Origin: Phycisphaerales bacterium UBA7800 | GTDB taxonomy: Bacteria > Planctomycetota > Phycisphaerae > Phycisphaerales > Phycisphaeraceae | DNA length: 64,000 nt | NCBI GenBank assembly: GCA_002480565.1 | Contig: DLCK01000080.1 | Location: 8,192-72,191 of the forward strand | Direction: 5' to 3' | In this document: one piece after another, positions 10,405 to 20,544 of the stretch | Layout: each line of letters starts with the position of its first letter | Numbering within the stretch: position 1 is the stretch's first letter | Notes under the pieces: generated by a model | Told to the model about the DNA's origin: nothing | Seen by the model: the letters and a program-made list of their open reading frames with translations, nothing else | Database searches by the model: none | Made by a program: the position numbers and the translations under genes

Positions 10405-11384
10405 TCATTACCCAGAGTCCATATCGTGTAAGTTTTGCAGGTGGGGGGACTGATTTACCTGCGTTTTACAGACAGGAATTCGGCGCTGTACTTAGTGTGA
10501 CAATTAACAAGCACATGTACTGTACTGTCAGTCCACGCTTTGATAAGACCATTCGTCTGGCATACTCCAAGACTGAAATTGTGGACACTCCCGACAAACT
10601 CGAACATGGCATAGTCCGTAAAGCCATGGAACTTTCGGGTCTCAAAAGCCATTTGGAAATTACAACCATTGGTGATGTTCCTGCTGGGACAGGTATGGGG
10701 TCATCAAGCACATTAACAGTCGGAATGCTTCAGGCACTCTATGCCTACGCTGGCAAAATCGTCAGCCGTGAAACACTGGGACGTGAAGCATCCGCAATTG
10801 AAATCGATATGTTGGAAAAACCCATTGGTAAGCAGGACCAATACGCTGCTGCATTTGGGGGTCTGAATTACATTCGATTCAATCCTGATGACACGGTGGA
10901 TGTCGAACCTGTCCCATGTAAAAAGCAGACGCTTGAAGAGCTCGAAAGCAGGACACTGTTGTTCTATACCGCACAGCGACGTGATGCGGACAGTATTCTC
11001 AAAAAGCAATCCGAAGGCACCGCTGACCGTATGACTGTCTTGCGAAAGATGCGCGATTTGGCGGATCAGATGCGACATGCCATTGCGGGTGAAGGCAACA
11101 TTGATAGCTTTGCAGAACTGTTACATGAAGGTTGGGAACTCAAACGTTCTTTGGGGTTTGGGATCACCAACCCGATGGTTGATGAGTGGTACAACGCTGC
11201 ACGCAAATGTGGTGCACAGGGCGGCAAGTTGCTCGGTGCAGGTGGCGGTGGATTTGTTCTGCTCGTTGCACCTCCTGAGAAACATGAAGCCATCCGTGAA
11301 GCACTTGGACGCCCAAAGGAGTTGGAATTTTCCATCGACCAGCGTGGCAGCCGCGTGATCTTCTTCTCAGAAAGACATGGGTAA
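10401..11384 (+). CDS. hddA: GHMP kinase, D-glycero-D-manno-heptose 7-phosphate kinase-like
   Basis: PYRVSFAGGGTD, VPAGTGMGSSS, GKQDQYAAAFGG, GGKLLGAGGGGF. ATG 10401 overlaps the previous stop (ATGA). Confidence 0.85.
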   Translation: MIITQSPYRVSFAGGGTDLPAFYRQEFGAVLSVTINKHMYCTVSPRFDKTIRLAYSKTEIVDTPDKLEHGIVRKAMELSGLKSHLEITTIGDVPAGTGMGSSSTLTVGMLQALYAYAGKIVSRETLGREASAIEIDMLEKPIGKQDQYAAAFGGLNYIRFNPDDTVDVEPVPCKKQTLEELESRTLLFYTAQRRDADSILKKQSEGTADRMTVLRKMRDLADQMRHAIAGEGNIDSFAELLHEGWELKRSLGFGITNPMVDEWYNAARKCGAQGGKLLGAGGGGFVLLVAPPEKHEAIREALGRPKELEFSIDQRGSRVIFFSERHG

Positions 11385-11521
11385 AACAAACCGCGATTAG
11401 TATTTTCGCCTTGATAATAGACGCAAAATGAGATTCAGAGACGCAGCCTGAATGTCAAGATAACGCATAAGAGAGACGCACTTAACAAACTCGCCGACTC
11501 TCGGCAATGGAGGGATTTATT

Positions 11522-12121
11522 ATGGCAGGCAATACCTGTTCTAACGCACGCATTTATATGGACTGTATCGCACAGCAATTGCAGTTGGTCAACGACATTG
11601 CAATTGACAAAGCGACCCGAGCAATTTTTGACGCATGGCGTGGTGATCGACGTGTATTCGTATTTGGCAACGGGGGCTCGGCTCACAGTGCAAGTCATTG
11701 GGCGCTGGACCTGATGAAGACCGCAGCCATCGACGGTCAACCACGCCTCAAAGCCGTGAGTCTGGCTGACAATATCGGCATACTCACCGCAGTCGGTAAT
11801 GACATTAGCTTTGATGAAATCTTCCGATACCCTCTGCATGCCTATGCAGAAGAAGGTGACGTCGCAGTGGCGATCAGTTGCTCAGGTAACTCGGCCAATG
11901 CCGTGAATGCGACCCAGTGGGCACATACACATGGATTAACAACCATCACACTCACCGGATTCAACGGTGGCAAGCTTCGTGAACTGGGCGATATCAATAT
12001 CCATGTCCCAAGTGATAACTACGGTGTGATTGAAGATATTCACATGGCCTGTGGTCACATGACTGCACAAGGGCTAAGACACATGATCCTTGCAGATCAG
12101 AAAGAACGGGTGTCAATATGA
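11522..12121 (+). CDS. gmhA: SIS-domain phosphoheptose isomerase
   Basis: VFGNGGSA, LTAVGND, AISCSGNS, LTGFNGG. Context with hddA/gmhB/hddC. Start at ATG 11522 (GGAGGG upstream); the track gives 11507. Confidence 0.8.
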   Translation: MAGNTCSNARIYMDCIAQQLQLVNDIAIDKATRAIFDAWRGDRRVFVFGNGGSAHSASHWALDLMKTAAIDGQPRLKAVSLADNIGILTAVGNDISFDEIFRYPLHAYAEEGDVAVAISCSGNSANAVNATQWAHTHGLTTITLTGFNGGKLRELGDINIHVPSDNYGVIEDIHMACGHMTAQGLRHMILADQKERVSI

Positions 12122-13242
12122 AAATTCTTGTCACAGGTGGTGCAGGTTTTATTGGCTCCCATACTGCCGATGCGCTTTTGGCTGAGGGGCATACCGTACG
12201 TGTCCTTGATAGCTTGCAGGCACCAGTTCATCCCAAGCCAATCAAGCCAGATTACCTGGATTCACGAATTGAATTCATTTACGGAGATGCCCGTGATGAG
12301 CATGTAATGCTGCACGCGATGCAAGGCGTGGATGTGGTTTATCACTTTGCAGCATTTCAGGATTATTTGCCTGTGTTTACAAGGTATTTTGACGTCAATG
12401 TCACATCGACCGCATTGATCTACGAATTGATTGTTCGTGAAAACTTACCTGTTAAAAAAGTTATTGTGGCATCCAGTCAAGCGACTTTGGGAGAAGGCAT
12501 GTATGTCGATGCCAATGGCAAAGAATGTCTTCCAGATATCCGTACCGATGAGCAGTTGCTCAAGGGCGATTGGGAATGCAAAGCCCCCAAAGGTTTTACG
12601 GGACCCATTCAATGGGTAGCGACTACGGAAACCGTGGCGAACCCTCAAAACCAATATGGCATCAGCAAAATTGCAGAAGAAAAAGTCGCATTGCATTTAG
12701 GTAAACGCTATGGCATTCCTTCGGTCGCAATGAGATATTCAATTGTGCAAGGCCCACGTCAGAGTTTTTACAACGCCTACTCCGGTGCCTGTCGTGTGTT
12801 CTGTCTGGCATTTCACCAAGGTAACAATCCTAGCATCTATGAAGACGGTAAACAGATACGTGACTTTGTTAACATTTTTGATGTTGTTGATGCGAACCTT
12901 ACTGTGCTTCACGATGATCGTGCTAATTATGAAATGTTCCATGTCGGCGGCGACAAACCGATGACCGTTATGGATTTTGCGTCCGTTGTGGCTGAAGTCT
13001 TTGGAGTCAAGGATTACAAACCTCAACCTTGCGGTCGCTATCGCTTCGGTGATACACGACATATCTGCTCAGATGTTTCCAAGCTCAAAGCATTAGGTTG
13101 GAAGCCTCAACGCGATGTGTACCGAAGTGTTGAAGACTACAAAGCATGGCTTGATCAGGCAGACAATGTCGGTGACATCCTGGCCTACTGCAATAAGCAG
13201 ATGGCAAAGATGAATGTCGTACGTGATGTGGTCAAAAACTGA
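12118..13242 (+). CDS. NAD-dependent epimerase/dehydratase (extended SDR)
   Basis: ILVTGGAGFIGSH, YGISK (YxxxK), RDFVNI, GDTRHICSD. Confidence 0.85.
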   Translation: MKILVTGGAGFIGSHTADALLAEGHTVRVLDSLQAPVHPKPIKPDYLDSRIEFIYGDARDEHVMLHAMQGVDVVYHFAAFQDYLPVFTRYFDVNVTSTALIYELIVRENLPVKKVIVASSQATLGEGMYVDANGKECLPDIRTDEQLLKGDWECKAPKGFTGPIQWVATTETVANPQNQYGISKIAEEKVALHLGKRYGIPSVAMRYSIVQGPRQSFYNAYSGACRVFCLAFHQGNNPSIYEDGKQIRDFVNIFDVVDANLTVLHDDRANYEMFHVGGDKPMTVMDFASVVAEVFGVKDYKPQPCGRYRFGDTRHICSDVSKLKALGWKPQRDVYRSVEDYKAWLDQADNVGDILAYCNKQMAKMNVVRDVVKN

Positions 13243-13266
13243 GTTTATACAGAAAGTCGAACATAA

Positions 13267-14535
13267 TTGATGTCACATCAACAACCTCATCTTGTGATTC
13301 TCCCAACCATCAAAGCAATGATTGATCCGGCGCAGCCTGATAGCGTTATCTTGACCGGGAAGTTTCTCACGGGGATGCAGTCCTATGCTCAACAGTGGCC
13401 GGGGCGTGTGACCTTATTGATCGAAGCGATGCAGGGCAAAGACTCCAATATGGATCATCAACAGGTCAAGATTGCTGACCTGCCTTACACGCTTAAGATT
13501 GTCAATTTTGAAGACAAACATCTAAATGATGAGCTTGCAATTGCAGATGTAGTATTAGCCAGTGTGCATTGGCGGCAGAATCATATCAGTCAACTGTGTC
13601 AACAAGTCAATGTGCCTTGCGTTTATGTGTCGGAGTATGCTTTTCAAACACGCATTCAGATGGAAAAGACACGGACGAAAAATCTGCTTGTCTTCTTGCG
13701 GCGTTATCAATGGCATTGGATGCATGAACGTCGGCACCGTCGTGCCTTGGCATTGGCGGATGGATTGCAGGCAAACGGTACACCGACTTATAACGACTAT
13801 CTCGGATTAGCCAAAGATTCATTGCTTTATTTTGACAGTCGAGTTACCAGCAGTCAGATGGCTACTCAGGAGCAACTTGACCAGCGTTATAGCGACCTGT
13901 TTACGGATCGCCCGTTGCGTCTTGCATTCTCTGGAAGACTCATGCCAATCAAGGGTGCTGATCATTTGCCTTTGATTGCAAAAGCGCTAAAGCAGATGGG
14001 CGTTGCTTTCACAATGGATATCTGCGGCGGCGGAGAACTTGAAGCTTCCATGCAAAAGAAAATCCAGGAATTGGGACTCACCGATTCCGTACGAATGTGT
14101 GGAGTGTTGGATTTCAACAATCAATTAATCCCAAAGCTAAAACGTGATGTGGATCTGTTTGTATGCCCACATCGTCAAGGTGATCCGTCCTGCACGTATT
14201 TGGAGACTATGAGCTGTGGCGTGCCGATTGTGGGTTATGACAATGCTGCGTTTACAGGACTTTGCGAACAGTCTGCTGCGGGATGGGTAACGCCAATGAA
14301 TTCCATCACCAAACTGGCGAGACAGATTGCAATTCTCAATCAGAAGCGTGAAGAAATTGTCACTCATGCTGCACAATCTCTGGAGTTTGCTCGTCATCAC
14401 AGTTTTGAAGACACGTTTAGTCGCCGTGTGGATCACTTGATTCAGCTTTCTCGCCCGACGGATGAAGTTGCACAATCCACGCCCAATACAGTTAAGCGAT
14501 CCCTTGTTAACCCCCAAAAAGAGACCGCCCAATGA
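13267..14535 (+). CDS. GT4 glycosyltransferase
   Basis: FSGRLMPIKG and HRQGDPSCTYLETMSCGVP. Confidence 0.8.
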   Translation: MMSHQQPHLVILPTIKAMIDPAQPDSVILTGKFLTGMQSYAQQWPGRVTLLIEAMQGKDSNMDHQQVKIADLPYTLKIVNFEDKHLNDELAIADVVLASVHWRQNHISQLCQQVNVPCVYVSEYAFQTRIQMEKTRTKNLLVFLRRYQWHWMHERRHRRALALADGLQANGTPTYNDYLGLAKDSLLYFDSRVTSSQMATQEQLDQRYSDLFTDRPLRLAFSGRLMPIKGADHLPLIAKALKQMGVAFTMDICGGGELEASMQKKIQELGLTDSVRMCGVLDFNNQLIPKLKRDVDLFVCPHRQGDPSCTYLETMSCGVPIVGYDNAAFTGLCEQSAAGWVTPMNSITKLARQIAILNQKREEIVTHAAQSLEFARHHSFEDTFSRRVDHLIQLSRPTDEVAQSTPNTVKRSLVNPQKETAQ

Positions 14536-15257
14536 GTAATACCAACCCAAAAAGAAAAGTCCTGTTACTAGCAGGAGGGCTTGGTTCAAGACTAAAACCA
14601 CTAACTGATGTGGTCCCAAAGTGTCTTATTGAGATCGCTGGCAAGCCGTTGTTGGATTATTGGTTTGATCGCTTTGAGTTGGCACAGTTGTTTGATGTGC
14701 GGATCAATAATCATCACCTGCCTCAACTCGTACGCGATTACATTGTCCGACGAAATGATGATGGCGTTTTCAACGTCACCGAGGCCTACGAGCCAACGCT
14801 TTTGGGTTCAGCAGGAACCGTCCATGCCAATCGTGATTTTGTCTCCGAGGATGATCTGTGCGTCATTGTGTATGCAGACAATCTCAGTAATGTGAATCTT
14901 GATGCAATGATTGCTTTTCATCAGTCGCATGATGATCCTTTTACGATGTTGTTATTCCGTGCAGAAAATCCCAAGAAGTCCGGCATTGCTACGCTGGATG
15001 ACGATTCACGTGTGATCGATTTTGTCGAAAAACCAGAGCATCCGGCAAGTGATCTTGCCAATGCAGGAATCTACGTCCTGGATGGCAAAGCATATTTAGA
15101 GATCGCAGACATGAATGTGTTTGACCTTGGTTTTGATGTACTGCCCAAGTTCATCGGCCGGATGCGCGGTTGGGAATGGCAAGGTTATCACCGTGACATT
15201 GGCACGCATGCTTCACTTGAACAAGCCAAACATGATATCGCGGAGGTGTTCGCATGA
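14532..15257 (+). CDS. hddC: Sugar-1-phosphate nucleotidyltransferase (heptose-1-P guanylyltransferase-like)
   Basis: LLAGGLGSRLKPLT...PKCL, LGSAG, FVEKP, ANAGIY, DIGT. Adjacent to gmhB. Confidence 0.75.
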   Translation: MSNTNPKRKVLLLAGGLGSRLKPLTDVVPKCLIEIAGKPLLDYWFDRFELAQLFDVRINNHHLPQLVRDYIVRRNDDGVFNVTEAYEPTLLGSAGTVHANRDFVSEDDLCVIVYADNLSNVNLDAMIAFHQSHDDPFTMLLFRAENPKKSGIATLDDDSRVIDFVEKPEHPASDLANAGIYVLDGKAYLEIADMNVFDLGFDVLPKFIGRMRGWEWQGYHRDIGTHASLEQAKHDIAEVFA

Positions 15258-15841
15258 GCCCATCAAGACCCGCTGTTTTTCTGGATCGTGATGGCACGAT
15301 CATCCGCCAGGTTCATCACCTTTGTGATCCTGATCTGGTGGAACTGATCCCCGGTGCTGCTACTGCAATCCAATCGTTTCGTGATGCTGGTTATGTCTGC
15401 GTCGTTGTGACCAATCAGTCAGTCATCGGACGTGGCAAACTCACCGAAGAAGGGTTGGCTGAAATTAATGGTCGCATGAATGATCAACTCGAAGCAGAGG
15501 GAACCCAAATTGATGGCTTGTATTACTGTCCGTTTGCTCCAGCTAAAAATGGTGACCGAACCAGCATTGAACATCCCAACCGCAAGCCTGCGCCAGGCAT
15601 GCTTCATGAAGCAGCTGAGCAGATGAATTTGGACTTGTCTCGTTCATGGATGATTGGTGATATGGCCAGTGATGTCTTGGCTGGACGCAATGCCAACTGC
15701 AAAGGTTCGGTACTGGTTCTCACCGGCAATGCTACTGAAAAAGACTTTAAACACGCTGACCATATTGAGCCAACGCTCGGGGCAGCCGCACAATGGATAT
15801 TGCAAAACGAAAACTGCTTAACCGCAGTGGAAGGAAAATAA
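15254..15841 (+). CDS. gmhB: D,D-heptose 1,7-bisphosphate phosphatase (HAD)
   Basis: AVFLDRDGTI, VVTNQSVIGRG, RKPAPGM, WMIGDMASD. Confidence 0.9.
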   Translation: MSPSRPAVFLDRDGTIIRQVHHLCDPDLVELIPGAATAIQSFRDAGYVCVVVTNQSVIGRGKLTEEGLAEINGRMNDQLEAEGTQIDGLYYCPFAPAKNGDRTSIEHPNRKPAPGMLHEAAEQMNLDLSRSWMIGDMASDVLAGRNANCKGSVLVLTGNATEKDFKHADHIEPTLGAAAQWILQNENCLTAVEGK

Positions 15842-15842
15842 G

Positions 15843-16850
15843 ATGAAGATTTTAGTCACCGGTGGTGCTGGTTATGTTGGAAGTGCCTGCTTGCGATTTT
15901 TGCTTTCTCAAGGTGTCGATGCCTATGCCTATGACAACCTGATTCAAGGGCACAGTGAAGCGGTTCCAGAAGGTCGTTTTATCCAAGGTGATATTGCGGA
16001 TACTGATGCCGTTGAAGCAGCACTTAAGCAGATCAATGCCGATGCCGTGATGCATTTTGCGGCTGCGACCTGTGTTGGTGAATCGGTGGATGATCCTGAA
16101 TATCACTATCGCAATAACATTGCTGGCACGATGAGTCTGCTCAATGCCATGCGTAAAGCAGGTGTTAAACGGATGCTGTTTTCCAGTACCTGTGCGACCT
16201 ACGGCATGGCGACCAAAGTTCCCATGAGTGAAGATACACCCCAGGAACCCTTTAGCCCCTATGCGCGTACCAAGCTGGCTGTCGAATGGATGATCCGCGA
16301 TTTTGCTGATGCCTATGGTCTTGGCTTTACCTTACTGCGTTACTTCAATGCGTCTGGCGCGTCAGCGTGTGGCAACTTTGGTGAAGACCATAGCCCCGAA
16401 AATCACCTGATCCCTTTGGTGCTTCAAGTGCCCCTTGGACAGCGTGACAAGATCATGGTCTTTGGAACCGATTATCCGACTGAAGATGGCACATGCATTC
16501 GTGACTATGTTCACGTCGATGACCTGGCTTCTGCTCACTGGCTGGCAATCCAAGCCACCACACCAACTACCCGTGAAGTCTTCAACATAGGAACGGGCAA
16601 CGGTCAATCCGTGATGCAGATTATCAAGGCATGTGAAGAAGTGACCGGACAGGCGATCAAAGTCCAAATCACTGACCGTCGTCCTGGCGATCCACCCGCA
16701 CTGGTAGCTGACCCCGCCAAGCTTAAAACACAGCTGGGGTGGGAGCCCAAGTACACCGACATCCGTGACACCATTGCCACGGCATGGAAGTGGCATCAAT
16801 CGCATCCCAAGGGATACCTGATTGGAGAAACCTCATGCGCGACTATTTGA
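15843..16850 (+). CDS. galE: UDP-glucose 4-epimerase
   Basis: VTGGAGYVGS, HFAAATCVGES, FSSTCATYG, PYARTK, LRYFNA, DGTCIRDYVHV. Confidence 0.92.
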   Translation: MKILVTGGAGYVGSACLRFLLSQGVDAYAYDNLIQGHSEAVPEGRFIQGDIADTDAVEAALKQINADAVMHFAAATCVGESVDDPEYHYRNNIAGTMSLLNAMRKAGVKRMLFSSTCATYGMATKVPMSEDTPQEPFSPYARTKLAVEWMIRDFADAYGLGFTLLRYFNASGASACGNFGEDHSPENHLIPLVLQVPLGQRDKIMVFGTDYPTEDGTCIRDYVHVDDLASAHWLAIQATTPTTREVFNIGTGNGQSVMQIIKACEEVTGQAIKVQITDRRPGDPPALVADPAKLKTQLGWEPKYTDIRDTIATAWKWHQSHPKGYLIGETSCATI

Positions 16851-17758
16851 TTGTTGCACCGTGTCGAAACGAAGCCAAGTTCGCCCGAAAGACCTTGGAC
16901 AGTCTGGTGAGTCAGACCATTACACCCAAGCTTCTTGTGGTGGTGGATGATGGTTCGACTGACCAAACACCTGAAATTTTAGCTGAATATGCTGCCAAAC
17001 ATGACTGGATCAAAATTGTCCGTCGTGAGGATCGTGGTAAACGCAGTGTCGGCCCGGGTGTCATCGACGCCTTTTATGCCGGCCTGGAGACCGTGGATAT
17101 CAAACAGTTTGATTATGTCTGCAAATTGGACTTGGATTTAATCTTACCTGATGCATACTTCGAAGGTTTGATCAAACGTATGGAAGCTGATCCACGGATT
17201 GGTACATGCAGCGGTAAAGCTTACTTCATCAACAAAGCTGGCCAACAGGTCTCTGAAGGCATTGCCGATGATGTGTCGATTGGAGCCAGTAAGTTTTATC
17301 GTCGTCAATGCTATGAACAGATGGGAGGCTTTGTCCGTCAGGTCATGTGGGATGGTATTGACAATCATCGCTGTCGTATGCTCGGGTGGATTCCATGTAG
17401 CTGGGATGACGAAGATATTCGTTTTATCCATCTGCGACCCATGGGTTCCAGTCAGAAGGGCATTCTCACCGGACGGATGCGTTGGGGGTACGGTCAGTAC
17501 TTTATGGGTACATCACTTGCTTACATCACTGCCAGCGCCATCTTCCGAATGGGTAAATCACCAGTTATTTTAGGTGGTTTGGCCATCTGGTTGGGCTTTG
17601 TGCTGAGCATGCTCAAAGGCAAGGAACGTTACGGTGATGCTGAGTTTCGGCGGTTTGTGCGTAAGTGTCAGTGGTCATTTTTGCTCAAGGGCAAAAAGGC
17701 AGCTGTCCAGCAAATCAACGAGAAACAGGCAACCGCATGGAAACCTATTGGAGCGTGA
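16835..17758 (+). CDS. GT2 glycosyltransferase
   Basis: PCRNEAK, VVDDGSTD, KLDLDL, WDGID. Start at ATG 16835 (GGAG upstream); the track gives 16784. Confidence 0.85.
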   Translation: MRDYLIVAPCRNEAKFARKTLDSLVSQTITPKLLVVVDDGSTDQTPEILAEYAAKHDWIKIVRREDRGKRSVGPGVIDAFYAGLETVDIKQFDYVCKLDLDLILPDAYFEGLIKRMEADPRIGTCSGKAYFINKAGQQVSEGIADDVSIGASKFYRRQCYEQMGGFVRQVMWDGIDNHRCRMLGWIPCSWDDEDIRFIHLRPMGSSQKGILTGRMRWGYGQYFMGTSLAYITASAIFRMGKSPVILGGLAIWLGFVLSMLKGKERYGDAEFRRFVRKCQWSFLLKGKKAAVQQINEKQATAWKPIGA

Positions 17759-17812
17759 GTCGTTTGAATGACTGTGACATGAATCGTCACCGAATGTTTT
17801 AAGAAGACGCAG

Positions 17813-18604
17813 ATGCACGAGACGCATACAACAACTTTACCAACGATCCGATTGATGGGTGTCACGCTTCATGCCATTACACAGAAGCAATGTGTCGATC
17901 ACATTCTGGATCAATCACAGGTTGGGCATGGCGGTTGGGTGATTACACCTAATTTGGATCACCTGCGTCGGTTGGTACGTGATGCGGACACGCGTGAGCT
18001 TTATAGCGGCGCAGACATGATGGTGGCGGACGGGATGCCACTGATCTGGGCATCACGCTTGCAAGGGACTCCTTTACCTGAACGTGTTGCAGGTTCGGAT
18101 TTGACCAACAGTCTTCCCGCCGAAGCTGCCAAACGTGGCCAGAGTGTCTACCTTCTCGGTGGCGCGGGTGATGCCGCAAAGAAAGCGGCAGATGTATTGA
18201 TGCAGCGACACCCGAATTTGATAATTGCAGGCATTCACGTGCCTGCCTTTGGTTTTGAAAAAGATCCGTCGCAGATGGCAGCATTAGAGAACGCGCTGCT
18301 GGATGCCAAGCCGGACATTGTATTGGTGGCCTTGGGTTCACCTAAGCAGGAAGTCCTGATTAAGACGCTACGGGACAAATTGCCAGGGACTTGGTGGTTG
18401 GGCATTGGCATTAGTTTCAGCTTTGTCTGCGGTGATGTGCAACGTGCGCCTCGCTGGATTCAAAAGCTCGGACTTGAGTGGATTCATCGCTTGATGCAGG
18501 AACCCAAACGCCTTTTTCGTCGGTATGTAATTGATGGCGTCCCTTTTGGGATTGCATTGTTGACCAACTCGGTTTGGTCTCGCCTTGGACGCCCATCAGC
18601 CTGA
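17813..18604 (+). CDS. WecB/TagA/CpsF family (GT26) glycosyltransferase
   Basis: TPNLDH, ADGMPL, RVAGSDL, VALGSPKQE, RAPRWIQKLGLEWIHRLMQEPKRL. Confidence 0.92.
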   Translation: MHETHTTTLPTIRLMGVTLHAITQKQCVDHILDQSQVGHGGWVITPNLDHLRRLVRDADTRELYSGADMMVADGMPLIWASRLQGTPLPERVAGSDLTNSLPAEAAKRGQSVYLLGGAGDAAKKAADVLMQRHPNLIIAGIHVPAFGFEKDPSQMAALENALLDAKPDIVLVALGSPKQEVLIKTLRDKLPGTWWLGIGISFSFVCGDVQRAPRWIQKLGLEWIHRLMQEPKRLFRRYVIDGVPFGIALLTNSVWSRLGRPSA

Positions 18605-18701
18605 GAAACTGATGGCCTTGGATATTCTCAATTGAATGTTCAAGGAACCCCTTTGCCATGAATCGGTAACCAACCCGAAGGCAAAGGTGAGGGAAAAGAA
18701 T

Positions 18702-19604
18702 ATGACGCAGATACACACACAGCATCATGCTGCGCCGGTGAGGCGTAGTGTTGAGCACATCCTAAGTCGCATTACCGAGGTGGTGTTGCTAGCCGGAACA
18801 GTGCGCCCGACACCGTTACATAAACCACTTGGCCGCAGCGGTCTTGATCTGCCAGTTGATGAGTCGCGTTCGATTCTCAATCATTGGCAGGATCACATTT
18901 CTCATTTGGCAAATCACCTGCAACGTCAGCAATTGGATACGCACGTGATGATTGATTGGACTGCCACTGCGCCGATTACCGGATGGTCGAATTCACGGTC
19001 TATCATCAGTATCGAACGTGACCCGTTGGAACTCCGCGGGACGGGTGGTGTGCTTCACGATCTTGCCAAACGGCATAACGATGAGGATTACATGCTGGTG
19101 ATCTCAGCCAACCAGTTGCTTTTTGAACCATTGGATCAACTGGTCGTGGATATGGCGACACTCGGTGGCGATGTGCAATTGCTCTCCTATGAAGATGGAA
19201 CCCCCGCAGGCATGATGCTCTGCCGTTGTGGTGCTTTACGTGATATTGCTCCAATCGGTTTTGTCGACATGAAGGAACAAGCGTTGCCCGTGATTGCCCG
19301 TCATCACCAGACGTTGGTGCTGCGTCGAAAAAAAGCAGATGTACAACCGATCCGCACGCTTGCCAACTACCTTGAAGGTCTGCGTCGTATGCATGGGTTG
19401 GACGACAATGACATGATTTCGCAACCAATATTTAACCTTGTTGAAGTCGGTGCAGAGGTCGATCCCAAGGCCTCGCTTCGTGAAGCGGTGGTGCTTCGTG
19501 GTGCAAGAATTGAAAAAGGTGCTGTGGTCGCTCGTTCATTGATTGGCGTTGGTGCTCACATCAAGGCTGGCCAGGTAATCGTGGACCAAATGGTTATGAA
19601 ATAA
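18702..19604 (+). CDS. Degenerate nucleotidyltransferase-like protein with short C-terminal LbH
   Basis: VVLLAG...LDLPV, LRGTGGVL and a C-terminal AEVDPKASLREAVVLRGARIEKGAVVARSLIG hexapeptide run. The GGxGTR/K motif is absent. The track start 18636 is also possible. Confidence 0.6.
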   Translation: MTQIHTQHHAAPVRRSVEHILSRITEVVLLAGTVRPTPLHKPLGRSGLDLPVDESRSILNHWQDHISHLANHLQRQQLDTHVMIDWTATAPITGWSNSRSIISIERDPLELRGTGGVLHDLAKRHNDEDYMLVISANQLLFEPLDQLVVDMATLGGDVQLLSYEDGTPAGMMLCRCGALRDIAPIGFVDMKEQALPVIARHHQTLVLRRKKADVQPIRTLANYLEGLRRMHGLDDNDMISQPIFNLVEVGAEVDPKASLREAVVLRGARIEKGAVVARSLIGVGAHIKAGQVIVDQMVMK

Positions 19605-19655
19605 GCGATGACTGACCCGAGCTGAGTACGATTCATTCACAGAAATTGACTTGTC

Positions 19656-20537
19656 ATGATACAACTTCCCAAAACACTTTCACGCAACGGCTGGACGCCC
19701 GGGCATCTGCTCGCAGCGGTGTTCATGGTCTTGCTTGGAATTGTGGTGACATGGGATGCGTGGACGGACATCGCTCGGATGATGTGGGGCCAGGAAGAAT
19801 TCAAGCACATGCTGCTAGTGATCCCCGTGGCAATGTGGCTTGGCTGGGTGCGTCGGGCTCGTTTACGACTATGTCGACCGACAGGTCAGTTGCTTGGCGT
19901 GGTGATGATCGCATTTGGATGGGGGATTTCGTCACTTGGCTATTACAATGGTATTGAAGCGTTCTGGCATTTGGGATCACTGATGATCGTGCTGGGGTGT
20001 TTTACCACGGTGGTCGGTGCTGAAGTGATAGCTTATTTTCTGCCAAGTTTTGTGGCATTGCTGTTTCTGATTCCTGCACCGGGCATGATTCGTACGTGGT
20101 TCTCCATTCCGTTACAGGGCTTGGTTGCAAGAGCGACGCAGTTTATATTTGAAGTAGTCGGTGTGCCGGTGATTCGATCTGGATCACTGCTGTCGATTAA
20201 CGAGATGGACGTGACCATTGCCGAAGCCTGTAACGGGATGCGAATGGTGTTTGCTCTGATGTTGGTGTCTTATTGCTTCGCTTTTAGCTTGCCGTTAAGA
20301 CAGTACGTTCGTGTACTGATTTTACTCGTCTCGCCGATCTGTGCGGTTTTATGCAATATTATCCGGACGGTGGGTGCCGTTTGGGTCTATGCCAACCATC
20401 AAGAGTCGGCGGAACTGTTTCACGCGGTAAGTGGTTGGGTGATGTTGTTAGCGGCTTTTGGACTTCTGCTGGGCATGATCCGATTGATGCGATGGACGTT
20501 GGTTCCGGTGACACGGTTTACGCTGGTATACGATTGA
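19656..20537 (+). CDS. Exosortase (EpsH family)
   Basis: About 8 TM segments with the Cys/Arg/His triad in IAEACNGMR, CNIIRT and FHAVSGW. Confidence 0.9.
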   Translation: MIQLPKTLSRNGWTPGHLLAAVFMVLLGIVVTWDAWTDIARMMWGQEEFKHMLLVIPVAMWLGWVRRARLRLCRPTGQLLGVVMIAFGWGISSLGYYNGIEAFWHLGSLMIVLGCFTTVVGAEVIAYFLPSFVALLFLIPAPGMIRTWFSIPLQGLVARATQFIFEVVGVPVIRSGSLLSINEMDVTIAEACNGMRMVFALMLVSYCFAFSLPLRQYVRVLILLVSPICAVLCNIIRTVGAVWVYANHQESAELFHAVSGWVMLLAAFGLLLGMIRLMRWTLVPVTRFTLVYD

Positions 20538-20544
20538 GGTTTCC

